52,519 nt of DNA. It comes from Candidatus Daviesbacteria bacterium RIFCSPHIGHO2_01_FULL_41_45. Lineage in GTDB: Bacteria > Patescibacteriota > Microgenomatia > Daviesbacterales > UBA10151. The number at the start of each line of letters is the position of its first letter. Position 1 is the first letter of the stretch. The position numbers were made by a program, and so were the translations under genes. Positions 9,192 to 18,165 of this stretch are shown here, piece by piece. Where the stretch lies: assembly GCA_001776975.1 (NCBI GenBank), contig MFCS01000022.1:1-52519 (forward strand), in the 5' to 3' direction. The notes beneath the pieces were generated by a model that was not told the DNA's origin, did not search any database, and saw nothing but the letters and a program-made list of their open reading frames with translations.

Positions 9192-9842
9192 TCACTTTTT
9201 CAGGGTTCTCTCAACCACATCCTTGACCACCTCATATTCAAATCCTCTGCGTAGTAAAAACTCATAGGCTTTTTTTCTTGTTTCTTGGTAGGGAAGCTTT
9301 GACCATCTGGGCAATCTTTTTAATAAAACATCTTCTGCTGTCTGCTCCTGGCTACCTACTTTCTGATTTTCACTTATAACCTCCTCAATCAATTCTCTTC
9401 CCAGCCCTTTTTTAAAAAGCTCGGCCTTTACTAAATTTATTCCCCTCTTTTTTGACCGACTCTCTACCCAATTATTAGCAAACTGTAGGTCATTTAGCAT
9501 CCCCTTTTGGGTTAACTTCTCAACTAACCGATCTACCACTAAAGGGCTAAGCTCTTCTTTATCTTTTAACTTTCTTTTAAATGATAGGTTTCTTAAATAA
9601 TCTCTGACCTCTTTTTCGGATCTCTGTCTTATCCCAAACAGATAATACATCCTCTCCATTAACTTACCCACCTCCGCCTCAAAAAATAACTCAGTTAATA
9701 GACTCTCCTCAATGACCTTACCAGGAATTAAACGATACTCGACCACCAAGTCCTCATCAGCCCCAAAGGCAAATACTCCATCTAAAAAAACATTAAATCT
9801 TTGGGGATTATTTTTTTGGGGTAAAACCTCAGTAACTTTCAC
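9192..9842 (-). CDS. recX: regulatory protein RecX
   Basis: RQRSEKEVRDYL, LNDLQFA, FLLRRGF; directly downstream of recA. Confidence 0.9.
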   Translation of the reverse strand: MKVTEVLPQKNNPQRFNVFLDGVFAFGADEDLVVEYRLIPGKVIEESLLTELFFEAEVGKLMERMYYLFGIRQRSEKEVRDYLRNLSFKRKLKDKEELSPLVVDRLVEKLTQKGMLNDLQFANNWVESRSKKRGINLVKAELFKKGLGRELIEEVISENQKVGSQEQTAEDVLLKRLPRWSKLPYQETRKKAYEFLLRRGFEYEVVKDVVERTLKK

Positions 9843-9850
9843 TCAGAATA

Positions 9851-10936
9851 TTATCCTGCTTCCTCTACTACCGCTGCTCCGTTACCTACCTCATCCTTCT
9901 CTTCCTCACCCACCACTAATCTCTCTTTACCATCTTTATCCTTTTTACCCCAAGCAGCCCTGATATCTTTTTCCAACTTCTCAGACTCTTTGGGATTGTC
10001 TTTTAGATAACCAATCGCTGCTGCCCTACCTTGGCCAAGTAGTGTTTCTCCCCAGCGAATAAAGGCCCCTGCCTTAGTTAATATCCCCAGCTCAATACCC
10101 ACATCCAATAACTCTCCCTCGTGGGATATCCCATTTTCATCCATATCAAACTCCGCCATCCTAAATGGGGGAGCGACCTTATTTTTTACTACCTTAACCC
10201 GGTGCCGGGAACCAATCACCTTATCTCCGTCTTTAATATTTTCAATCCTTCTGATATCAAGTCTCACCGAAGCATAGAACTTTAAAGCTAGACCTCCGGG
10301 GGTAGTTTCAGGATTACCAAACATCACCCCAATTTTTTGCCTCAACTGATTAGTAAAAATTACCAAAGTGTTAGTATTTGAGACTGCCCCAGTTAATTTT
10401 CGCAGAGCCTGAGACATCAAACGAGCTTGGACACCCATTGAGGAGTCTCCCATCTCGCCCTCCAACTCTGACTTGGGAACCAAGGCTGCCACTGAATCAA
10501 TCACTACCACATCAATCCCACCAGATCGAATCAACGCCTCAGCTATCTCTAAACCCTGTTCACCAGTATCAGGTTGAGAGATCAATAATTCATCTAAATT
10601 AACTCCAATTTTTTGAGCCCGTTGCGGATCCAAGGCATGCTCAGCATCTATAAACGCTGCCACCCCACCCTTTTTTTGAGCCTCAGAGATAACATGCAAA
10701 CAAAAAGTGGTCTTACCAGAGGCCTCTGGACCAAAAATCTCCACAATTCGCCCTTTGGGTAATCCACCCACACCTAAAGCTAGATCAGCAGCAATGGAAC
10801 CAGTGGAAATCACCTGGGTAGTTAATCTCTCAGCTCTTTCTCCAAGCCTCATTATTGAACCGGTGCCATAGGTCTTTTGAATCTGCTGCATTGCAGTAGC
10901 AATAGCAGCCCGGCGAGCATCCATATCAGCAGTCAT
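9851..10936 (-). CDS. recA: recombinase RecA
   Basis: [40 protein letters not shown]. Confidence 0.99.
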   Translation of the reverse strand: MTADMDARRAAIATAMQQIQKTYGTGSIMRLGERAERLTTQVISTGSIAADLALGVGGLPKGRIVEIFGPEASGKTTFCLHVISEAQKKGGVAAFIDAEHALDPQRAQKIGVNLDELLISQPDTGEQGLEIAEALIRSGGIDVVVIDSVAALVPKSELEGEMGDSSMGVQARLMSQALRKLTGAVSNTNTLVIFTNQLRQKIGVMFGNPETTPGGLALKFYASVRLDIRRIENIKDGDKVIGSRHRVKVVKNKVAPPFRMAEFDMDENGISHEGELLDVGIELGILTKAGAFIRWGETLLGQGRAAAIGYLKDNPKESEKLEKDIRAAWGKKDKDGKERLVVGEEEKDEVGNGAAVVEEAG

Positions 10937-11016
10937 AATTAAATTTACCTTAGCAAATTAAAAACCGCAAAGCAATATATCAGATTTGTGTTATTTCGAT
11001 GTATGGATACATATCA

Positions 11017-11901
11017 TTATGCTTCCCTACTCCACCTAGCGAAAATTCCAGTTGATAATAATCTGTGATTAGTCTCTTCTTTTAAAACCAGTTCCCCTGC
11101 CTCTATTCCCCCACCAAACCCGCTAAAGACATCTTTTAAAACGTTTTCTAACATTAAATGTGAAGCGCTAATGGCATAAGCATTAACAATTAAAAAGAGT
11201 GGCTTGGCGGACAGGAGATTTTTACAGGCATCCATTAATTTTGGGAAATGAGTCTCAAACTCCCACCTTTCTCCGTTTGGCCCATGTCCAAAGCTTGGTG
11301 GATCAAGTATTATCCCATCATATTTTACGCCTCTTTTAAACTCTCTGTGAATAAATTTTAAACAATCATCCAAAATCCATCTAATCCCCTGCAGATCTAA
11401 CTGAGAAGCAGATTGATTCTCCTTGGCCCAACCAATAGCTGGGCGGGAGGCATCAACGTGCGTCACCCTAGCTCCAGCTTTTGTGGCTACAAGTGAGGCG
11501 ATACCGGTGTAGGCAAAAAGATTGAGGATTTGTGGCTTATTACCTGATTTAACTCTGGCAGTTATTAGTCTTTCCATCCAATCCCAATGAATGGCCTGCT
11601 CTGGAAAGACACCAGTGTGTTTAAAAGGTGTTAATTTACAATAAAATGTTATATCTTTATACCTCATTAACCATTTTTGAGGAACGCTCCCCTTAAACCA
11701 CCTATCTTGAGAGTTGCCACCCTCCTTAAAAGTAGCGCTAGCTTTTTTCCACTCCGATTCTGGTAAATGTAGTTTCCATAAAGCCTGCGGGTCGGGACGG
11801 GATAGGATAAACTGTCCAAATTTTTCCAACCTTTTACCATTACCACTGTCTAGTAATGAGTACTCCGGCAGGAGATCTTTATCTAAAATGAAAAGGCTCA
11901 T
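11017..11901 (-). CDS. class I SAM-dependent methyltransferase (RlmI/RlmK-like)
   Basis: HTGVFPEQ, ILNLFAYTG, IILDPPSFG. Confidence 0.88.
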   Translation of the reverse strand: MSLFILDKDLLPEYSLLDSGNGKRLEKFGQFILSRPDPQALWKLHLPESEWKKASATFKEGGNSQDRWFKGSVPQKWLMRYKDITFYCKLTPFKHTGVFPEQAIHWDWMERLITARVKSGNKPQILNLFAYTGIASLVATKAGARVTHVDASRPAIGWAKENQSASQLDLQGIRWILDDCLKFIHREFKRGVKYDGIILDPPSFGHGPNGERWEFETHFPKLMDACKNLLSAKPLFLIVNAYAISASHLMLENVLKDVFSGFGGGIEAGELVLKEETNHRLLSTGIFARWSREA

Positions 11902-11952
11902 TATATGAATTATACGTGGGAGGATGCCAAAATACTATTTCACGTATACTTC

Positions 11953-11988
11953 CTTTACACCCCTTCTTTTACACCCTTGGGGTGTAAC
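11953..11988. repeat. short direct/inverted TTTACACCC repeats (REP-like or integrase-arm-like)
   Basis: CTTTACACCCC-TTC-TTTTACACCC-TT-GGGGTGTAA about 35 bp downstream of the tRNA-Pro 3' end. Confidence 0.5.
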
Positions 11989-12021
11989 AGCCTGCAACAA
12001 GAAATTACTATGAATTTTCTG

Positions 12022-12093
12022 TCGGGGTGACAGGAATTGGACCTGCTACTTCTCGACCCCCAGCCGAGCGTTCTACCGATGAACTACACCCCG
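12022..12093 (-). tRNA. tRNA-Pro(GGG), CCA not encoded
   Basis: Acceptor CGGGGTG/CACCCCG, anticodon arm CTCGG-CTGGGGG-TCGAG, T arm GCAGG-TCCAATT-CCTGT. Confidence 0.93.
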
Positions 12094-12094
12094 T

Positions 12095-12673
12095 TTATTC
12101 AACCACAATCTCCCCAAGCTCCTTTTGAGTTGGATTACAGTAATCCAGCTTTATAGGAAAAGAGCCGGTACCGGTAAATCTCATTTTTATTACCTGTCCC
12201 TCTCCCACCTCATACCTTTGTTTATTGATAAATACACAGTAATCCTGAGGAATATCAGAAAACCTAAAACCATATAATACCCCTCTTTTCAAAGATGATC
12301 GTTTACTCCCTGGGATCATATTTATTACTGTCTCTACATCAGTTTGTGTAGCAATACTACTATCAAACGCCGTCACCTTAACATCCTCACCTAAAACATC
12401 CTCAGTTTTTTGGTTAATTACCCCCATCACACTCTCTGTTTTATCTTTGATCTCTTTTCTGAAATTATCTCTTGACTCCTCTATTAAAACTCTGGGGTAA
12501 TCAGCCACCGATCTCGCTCCTAAAACCTGCTCTTTTAATTTAACTACCGAATCTACCCAGGATGGAGTAGGAAGTTGTTTTTGAGAACCCCAAAAAAACC
12601 AACCCACCACCACCAAACAAACTATAAATATAATTAAGACTACCCACTGCCACATTAATTCTATCATAGCCAT
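12095..12673 (-). CDS. membrane-anchored hypothetical protein
   Basis: N-terminal TM, VLGA motif, beta-rich C-terminus with two Cys. Confidence 0.7.
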   Translation of the reverse strand: MAMIELMWQWVVLIIFIVCLVVVGWFFWGSQKQLPTPSWVDSVVKLKEQVLGARSVADYPRVLIEESRDNFRKEIKDKTESVMGVINQKTEDVLGEDVKVTAFDSSIATQTDVETVINMIPGSKRSSLKRGVLYGFRFSDIPQDYCVFINKQRYEVGEGQVIKMRFTGTGSFPIKLDYCNPTQKELGEIVVE

Positions 12674-12698
12674 ATTTTCATCTGTTATACTAGTAGAT

Positions 12699-13439
12699 GT
12701 GATACCTCAAGCTCTTTCACCATTCATAACCTTACTGACATTTTTTCTCCTGTTGTTTGGCTACACCAAGATAGTTGGGCCGATCCCTTTTTCTGTTGAT
12801 TCAGTCACCACCCAAAAATCAGATACTTTTCAAGTAACTGGGGAAGGAAAAACATCTGTCTTGCCAGATGTCGCAGTAGTTAGTGTGGGAGTAACAGCTG
12901 GTGGTTCAACTGTCAAAATTGCCCAGGATACAATCAACAGCAATATTAACAAAGTGACTGAGGCCATTAAAAAACTGGGCGTAGCCTATCAAGATATTCA
13001 AACCCAAAACTACTCAGTTAACCCAAACTATGATTTTAAAGAGGGATCTCAACGGGTTAATGGTTATCAGGCTAATACCAATTTATCAGTTAAAATCAGA
13101 GATCTGGAGAAGGTTAACCTAGTGATTGATACCGCTACTGGGAATGGAGCTAATCAGGTAGGCGGTATCATTTTTGAGGCATCTGATAAATCTAAAGCAG
13201 AGGATTCAGCTAGGGAAAAAGCGGTTCAGCAAGCTAAAGATAAGGCACAGTCAGCTGCCAAGATAGCCGGCTTCTCTTTAGGTAGAATTATAAATTATTC
13301 TGAAAACTTGAATAGTATTCGTCCAGCGATATCTTTAAGAGGTGTGGCTATGGGAGCAGCTGATGAAAAATCTACCCAGATTGAGTCAGGAACAAACGAG
13401 GTGATAGTGACCGTCACTTTAAGCTACGAGATTAAATAA
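12699..13439 (+). CDS. SIMPL domain (DUF541) protein
   Basis: VTGEG...PDVA, IQTQNYSVNPNY, GANQVGGI, AREKAVQQAKDKA. Confidence 0.92.
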   Translation: MIPQALSPFITLLTFFLLLFGYTKIVGPIPFSVDSVTTQKSDTFQVTGEGKTSVLPDVAVVSVGVTAGGSTVKIAQDTINSNINKVTEAIKKLGVAYQDIQTQNYSVNPNYDFKEGSQRVNGYQANTNLSVKIRDLEKVNLVIDTATGNGANQVGGIIFEASDKSKAEDSAREKAVQQAKDKAQSAAKIAGFSLGRIINYSENLNSIRPAISLRGVAMGAADEKSTQIESGTNEVIVTVTLSYEIK

Positions 13440-13454
13440 CTGCACATACCCTTT

Positions 13455-14090
13455 ATGGACAAAATTCAACAATTAGCAGATTTAAAAAAACGAATGGAGG
13501 AGGATAAGGATTTACCTCTCAGAGATACAGCTACCCAATTAGTTTTTGGTGAGGGAAATCCAGACAGTAAGATTTATTTTTTAGGTGAGGCTCCGGGATT
13601 TCACGAGGATAAACACGGTAGACCTTTTATTGGCATGGCAGGAAAACTACTAACTCAAACCCTAGAAGAAATAGGTTTAAAAAGAGAGGCTGTTTATATC
13701 TCCAATGTAGTGCGGTTTAGACCACCAGAAAATAGAGACCCCAGCCCTGAGGAGTTAACTGCTTTTGCTCCATATATTGATGAGGAAATCGCTGTTATTA
13801 ATCCTAAAATAATTGTTACCTTGGGACGGTTTTCTATGGGAAAATTTATCCCTGATGTTAAAATATCCCAGGTTCATGGCCAACCCAGAACTGTAAATTA
13901 TCAAGGAAAAGAGTACTTACTTGTTCCCATGTACCACCCGGCAGCAGCCCTAAGAGCAACCAGTATGATGAACCAATTTAAAAAGGATTTTCAGGTCTTA
14001 AAAACTTTACTAGAAGCTCCCACTCCAACTAAAAATGTAGAACAAAAAGCAGCTAATTCTCAGGATACCCAACAACTAATCTTACTTTAA
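13455..14090 (+). CDS. uracil-DNA glycosylase family 4 (no Fe-S cysteines)
   Basis: GEAPG..ED..GRPFIG.AG, RPPENRDP, YHPAAAL. Confidence 0.93.
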   Translation: MDKIQQLADLKKRMEEDKDLPLRDTATQLVFGEGNPDSKIYFLGEAPGFHEDKHGRPFIGMAGKLLTQTLEEIGLKREAVYISNVVRFRPPENRDPSPEELTAFAPYIDEEIAVINPKIIVTLGRFSMGKFIPDVKISQVHGQPRTVNYQGKEYLLVPMYHPAAALRATSMMNQFKKDFQVLKTLLEAPTPTKNVEQKAANSQDTQQLILL

Positions 14091-14094
14091 AAAA

Positions 14095-15564
14095 TTAATC
14101 TAGAGCAGTAGTATTGACACCTTTATCCCACTCAATTTCTGAATATTTTTTTAACATCTCTTTTAATACTTTTTTAATCTCTTCATATTTTTCTTTCGTT
14201 TTGGCCTCAAATTTAACGGTAATATACGGACCATTTTGAGAGGCCCTAATGATCGCCATGTGATCTGGTGTGTCTACTCTCACTCCATCAATAGTCACAT
14301 ACTCTCCGTGTGGCCAGATACTTTTGAACTCCTGTTGAATCTTATCCTCAATAAACTGAAACTTAATATCATCGGCTAAACCAAACTTAATTTCCGGACT
14401 ACTAACATACTCCGGTAGTTCGTCTGCAACTTGGCCCAAGGTTTTCCCTACCCGCTCTAAATACTGAAGCAACCGCAAACAGGCATAAGCTGCATCATCG
14501 TGACCATAGAAATTGTCCATAAAGAAAATATGTCCCGATAACTCTCCCCCAAACGGTGAACGCTCCTCCTTAATTTTAGCTTTAATATATGAATGTCCAG
14601 TTTTCCAGATCACGGGTACCCCACCAGCATTTTTAACTGTATCGCTAACCTGGCGTGAACACAAAGCATTGTAAACAATTGACGCACCGGGCATTGTATC
14701 TAATACATCTTTGGCAAAAATTGCAACGATTGAATCCATCCAAAACACCCGCCCGTTTTCGTCAACTACTGACATCCGATCACCATCTGTATCATAGGCA
14801 AACCCTATATCTGCCCTAGTTTTCTTGACTCCTTCTGCCAGACGCTGCAAAACTTCCACTTCAGTCGGATCAGGGGTTCCCACTGGGAAATTCCCATCTA
14901 AATTAGTATTCTGCTCAAACACCTCACAACCAGCTTCTCTAAATATGGTTGGGTAAAATATTCCCGGTGTTGTACAAGAAGCATCCACTACAATTTTCCA
15001 TTTTTTCTTTAAATCAAAGTGTTTGAGAATATCTTTTTTATAGTCTGGGAAAATATCATCTTCCTTATTTTCACCCTTAACTTCTGCCTCCACTAGCTTA
15101 TCCTCTTCAATTAACTTCCTTAGATTTTGCAGTTCATCCGCTAACATAGTATCTGAATATCCAACCCCCAACTTTAATCCATTAAAGTCTTTAGGATTAT
15201 GTGAGGCTGTAACCATCGCTCCAGCCTTAGATTTAAAATGATAGCTGGAAAAGTAGACAATTTGACTTAAGGATAAACCAAGATCAAAGGTGTTTATTCC
15301 AGCATCATTTAAGCCAGAGATAAAAGCTTGGGAATATTTTTCACTAGTTAGACGATTGTCCCTACCAACAGCTGATTCCTTAATTCGTCGTTGTTGTAAG
15401 AAGGTGCCATAAGCTCTCCCCAGAGTATAATAGACATCTTCGTTTAAATCTTCCCCCACAACACCCCGGATATCATATCCACGAAAGATCTTGGGGTTAA
15501 CTTTTGACAGTTGATACATACCGGCAACAAAGGTCATGGTATCACAGAATATCTTATTGTCCAA
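14095..15564 (-). CDS. phosphomannomutase/phosphoglucomutase
   Basis: FRGYDIRG, TASHNP, DTDGDR, GELSGH; true start may be about 15519. Confidence 0.93.
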   Translation of the reverse strand: MDNKIFCDTMTFVAGMYQLSKVNPKIFRGYDIRGVVGEDLNEDVYYTLGRAYGTFLQQRRIKESAVGRDNRLTSEKYSQAFISGLNDAGINTFDLGLSLSQIVYFSSYHFKSKAGAMVTASHNPKDFNGLKLGVGYSDTMLADELQNLRKLIEEDKLVEAEVKGENKEDDIFPDYKKDILKHFDLKKKWKIVVDASCTTPGIFYPTIFREAGCEVFEQNTNLDGNFPVGTPDPTEVEVLQRLAEGVKKTRADIGFAYDTDGDRMSVVDENGRVFWMDSIVAIFAKDVLDTMPGASIVYNALCSRQVSDTVKNAGGVPVIWKTGHSYIKAKIKEERSPFGGELSGHIFFMDNFYGHDDAAYACLRLLQYLERVGKTLGQVADELPEYVSSPEIKFGLADDIKFQFIEDKIQQEFKSIWPHGEYVTIDGVRVDTPDHMAIIRASQNGPYITVKFEAKTKEKYEEIKKVLKEMLKKYSEIEWDKGVNTTALD

Positions 15565-15568
15565 TTAT

Positions 15569-16084
15569 CTATTTTAAAACTCTCTTTTGGAGTAACTTGG
15601 GTAACCGTTTTAAAGTATCATAAATCACCGGTAACTCCAGATAATCTATACCCAAAGCCACCCAGGCTAAAAACCCCGGGATCCCTACTCCCTCAACCCC
15701 AAGATAATTTAAAACATACTCATCAGTGATCCAAAAAAGGTGAAGCCATTGGGAGTTAATTAAAAACAAATACAACAATCCATGAAGAATTCTACCGGAT
15801 CTGACATCATTTAAATAGATTAAAGAGGTGGCAATAATAGCCGGTATCTCCATATAATCTACCAATAGAATTAAAAACTCCCAAACTCCAGTTAGCTCAA
15901 AATGCCCCGCTCCAGTTAATTTTAAGGAGACAACATGAGCAGATAACCAATACAAGTGAACTAATTGGAGAGTAAAAAGCACTGCTGCTAAAGCAGTATT
16001 AAAAAATAAATGTTTGTTATACCAAGTCCAAAAGATTTTAAACAATTTTCTCCCAGGGAAATTCATCCCTACCAAAATGTCCAT
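15569..16084 (-). CDS. integral membrane protein with internal two-fold repeat
   Basis: Several TM helices; repeated Q..HL.W and DY(M/L)E(I/L)P motifs; overlaps the metK 3' end. Confidence 0.75.
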   Translation of the reverse strand: MDILVGMNFPGRKLFKIFWTWYNKHLFFNTALAAVLFTLQLVHLYWLSAHVVSLKLTGAGHFELTGVWEFLILLVDYMEIPAIIATSLIYLNDVRSGRILHGLLYLFLINSQWLHLFWITDEYVLNYLGVEGVGIPGFLAWVALGIDYLELPVIYDTLKRLPKLLQKRVLK

Positions 16085-17156
16085 AAGCTGCTGTTGGTAA
16101 ATAAATCGGTCTTTGTAGATCCAATCCTTCTAAAATTCCCGACACCGAGGTGTCCAAAATTTTATCCATAAAAGAAAGAATTATCTGCTGGGATTTTTTA
16201 GAGGTACCAAAAGTTTCCACATCTTGCATGGTCGGTTTTTTAGCCCCAATGAAATAGGCTAGTCTTACCTCAGCTTTATCTGCCAAACCTTGAGCCACAA
16301 TATTTTTTGCCAAAAATCTGGCAGCATAGGCTCCTGATCTATCGACCTTAGTCGGATCCTTTCCCGAAAAACATCCACCCCCAACTCTAGCATAACCTCC
16401 ATAAGTATCCACAACAATCTTCCGGCCTGTTAATCCACAATCTGAGGCTGGTCCTCCCCAATACCACATTCCCGTTCCATTAACTACTAAATCATTAATT
16501 TTTATTTTGAAACCATATTTCTCTAAAACTGGGGCTACAACCTCTTTATATATTTCCTGTTTTACTTGATCTAATTTAGTTTGTTCATCATGAGGCACTG
16601 CTATAACAACCTGTAAAACTTTTTCTGGCACTCCATTTTTATATTCAACAGTTACCTGTGACTTACCATCTGGCTTAAGGTAGGGTAAAATTCGTTCTAT
16701 TCTAACCTGATCGATTCTTTTTGTTAAACTGTGAGCTATGGTAATTGCTAAAGGCATAAGCTCAGGAGTTTCAATACACGCAAATCCAAACATCATTCCT
16801 TGATCTCCAGCACCTTTCTTTTTTACTCCAAATGCAATCTGCGGGGACTGTTTACCTACATAGACGTTTATTGGGGATTTATCAGAAAAGTTAAATCGAG
16901 GGTCGGTATATCCCAATCTTTTAATTTGTTCCCTGGCAATTTTTTTAAAGTCAATCTCTACACCATCACTTGTCCCTATCTCCCCAGCAATAATTAATCT
17001 GTTATTTGCCGCCAAACATTCAATAGCGCATCTACCTCTAGGGTCTTGTTTTAAAACCTCATCTAAAATCGCGTCCGCTATTTGGTCACAAATTTTATCA
17101 GGGTGCCCGCTACATACAGATTCTGATGTAAATGTTGATAAGTTATTTTTTGTCAT
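16038..17156 (-). CDS. metK: S-adenosylmethionine synthetase
   Basis: FTSESV..GHPDKICDQI, GAGDQG, GLTGRKI, GKDPTKVDRS; ATG 17156 follows SD GGAGG. Confidence 0.97.
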   Translation of the reverse strand: MTKNNLSTFTSESVCSGHPDKICDQIADAILDEVLKQDPRGRCAIECLAANNRLIIAGEIGTSDGVEIDFKKIAREQIKRLGYTDPRFNFSDKSPINVYVGKQSPQIAFGVKKKGAGDQGMMFGFACIETPELMPLAITIAHSLTKRIDQVRIERILPYLKPDGKSQVTVEYKNGVPEKVLQVVIAVPHDEQTKLDQVKQEIYKEVVAPVLEKYGFKIKINDLVVNGTGMWYWGGPASDCGLTGRKIVVDTYGGYARVGGGCFSGKDPTKVDRSGAYAARFLAKNIVAQGLADKAEVRLAYFIGAKKPTMQDVETFGTSKKSQQIILSFMDKILDTSVSGILEGLDLQRPIYLPTAAYGHFGRDEFPWEKIV

Positions 17157-17157
17157 T

Positions 17158-17314
17158 AAAAACCTCCCTTGTAAAAGAGAGGTTGCGATCTTTTTCCACT
17201 TATACTCATGGAACAAATCCTTCCTCTTACAAGGTTGGGTGTAGCACCGTGTCTTTTGGATCGGATGCTGGATGGATCATTGAGCCAATTCTCTCCCCAT
17301 CACTCTAGATTAAC
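17158..17314 (-). promoter_or_regulatory. SAM-I-class (S-box) riboswitch plus SD-sequestering hairpin
   Basis: ATCTAGAG...GAGAGAATTGGCTCAATGA..CAGCA...ACGGTGCTA..CC...GAT upstream of metK; hairpin AACCTCTCTT-TTAC-AAGGGAGGTT covers the SD. Confidence 0.85.
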
Positions 17315-17387
17315 TAACTACATATTAATTTATACCATTAACTTTTAAAAATCAATAGATAAAAATATTTGATATAATCTCACTATT

Positions 17388-17561
17388 ATGAAAAGAGTAA
17401 TTATCATCCATTGTTGGGAAGGATATCCTGAATACTGTTGGTATCAATCAGTTAAAAAAGAGTTGGAAAATAAGGGTTTTCAAGTAGAGGTGCCCAAGAT
17501 GCCAGAGACTGAGTTACCCAAGCAATTTTTGAGATTAGTAAATAATCCCTATGGATTCTAA
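17388..17561 (+). pseudogene. truncated RBBP9/YdeN-family alpha/beta hydrolase (N-terminal 57 aa)
   Basis: MKRVIIIHCWEGYPEYCWYQSVKKELENKGFQVEVPKMPET, then stop; no nucleophile elbow. Confidence 0.7.
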
Positions 17562-18165
17562 GGTTGTTAAACATTTCCAAAAAGTTGATCTAACTTTATA
17601 CAAAACTTACCTCAAGATTTTAAAAAAACAGGGAGAGTTTCCGGTTAGAAAAAAGTTGGTCTTTGATCAGTATTTTAATGAACTGGTAGAAAGTATTATC
17701 TCCCAACAACTCTCAGTTAAGGCTGCTGATACAATTTATAATCGGGTCAAGTCTATCTTCCCCCAAAATAAAATCACCCCCGGGAATATTTTAAAAACTA
17801 CATCTGAAGCCATCTGGGCTTGTGGGTTATCGAATTCTAAAGTCTCATTCATCAAAGATTTATCTCAAAAAATTATTGATAAACAGTTAGATTTAAAAAA
17901 ATTAGATTCTATGGATGATGAGAATATTAAGGAAACTTTAATGAAGATAAAAGGTATCGGACCCTGGACGGTGGAGATGTTTTTAATGTTTTCCCTGCAA
18001 AGAAAAGACATCTTCTCTCACGGTGATTTAGGCCTAAAAAATGCCCTCAAGAAATTATATTATTTAGATAATCCTAGTAAAGAAGATTTAGAGAAAATTA
18101 TTGGCAGGTGGTCTCCTTACAAAACATCTGCCTGTAAAATACTCTGGAAAAGTTTAGATCTTTAA
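17551..18165 (+). CDS. DNA-3-methyladenine glycosylase 2 (AlkA/HhH-GPD family)
   Basis: SIISQQLS, IKGIGPWTVEMFLMF, DLGL, WSPYK. Confidence 0.92.
   Translation: MDSKVVKHFQKVDLTLYKTYLKILKKQGEFPVRKKLVFDQYFNELVESIISQQLSVKAADTIYNRVKSIFPQNKITPGNILKTTSEAIWACGLSNSKVSFIKDLSQKIIDKQLDLKKLDSMDDENIKETLMKIKGIGPWTVEMFLMFSLQRKDIFSHGDLGLKNALKKLYYLDNPSKEDLEKIIGRWSPYKTSACKILWKSLDL

Noticed and set aside
17157-17216. 20-aa N-terminal extension of MetK given by the ORF track
   Set aside because: Lies in the riboswitch expression platform; SD and homology point to ATG 17156
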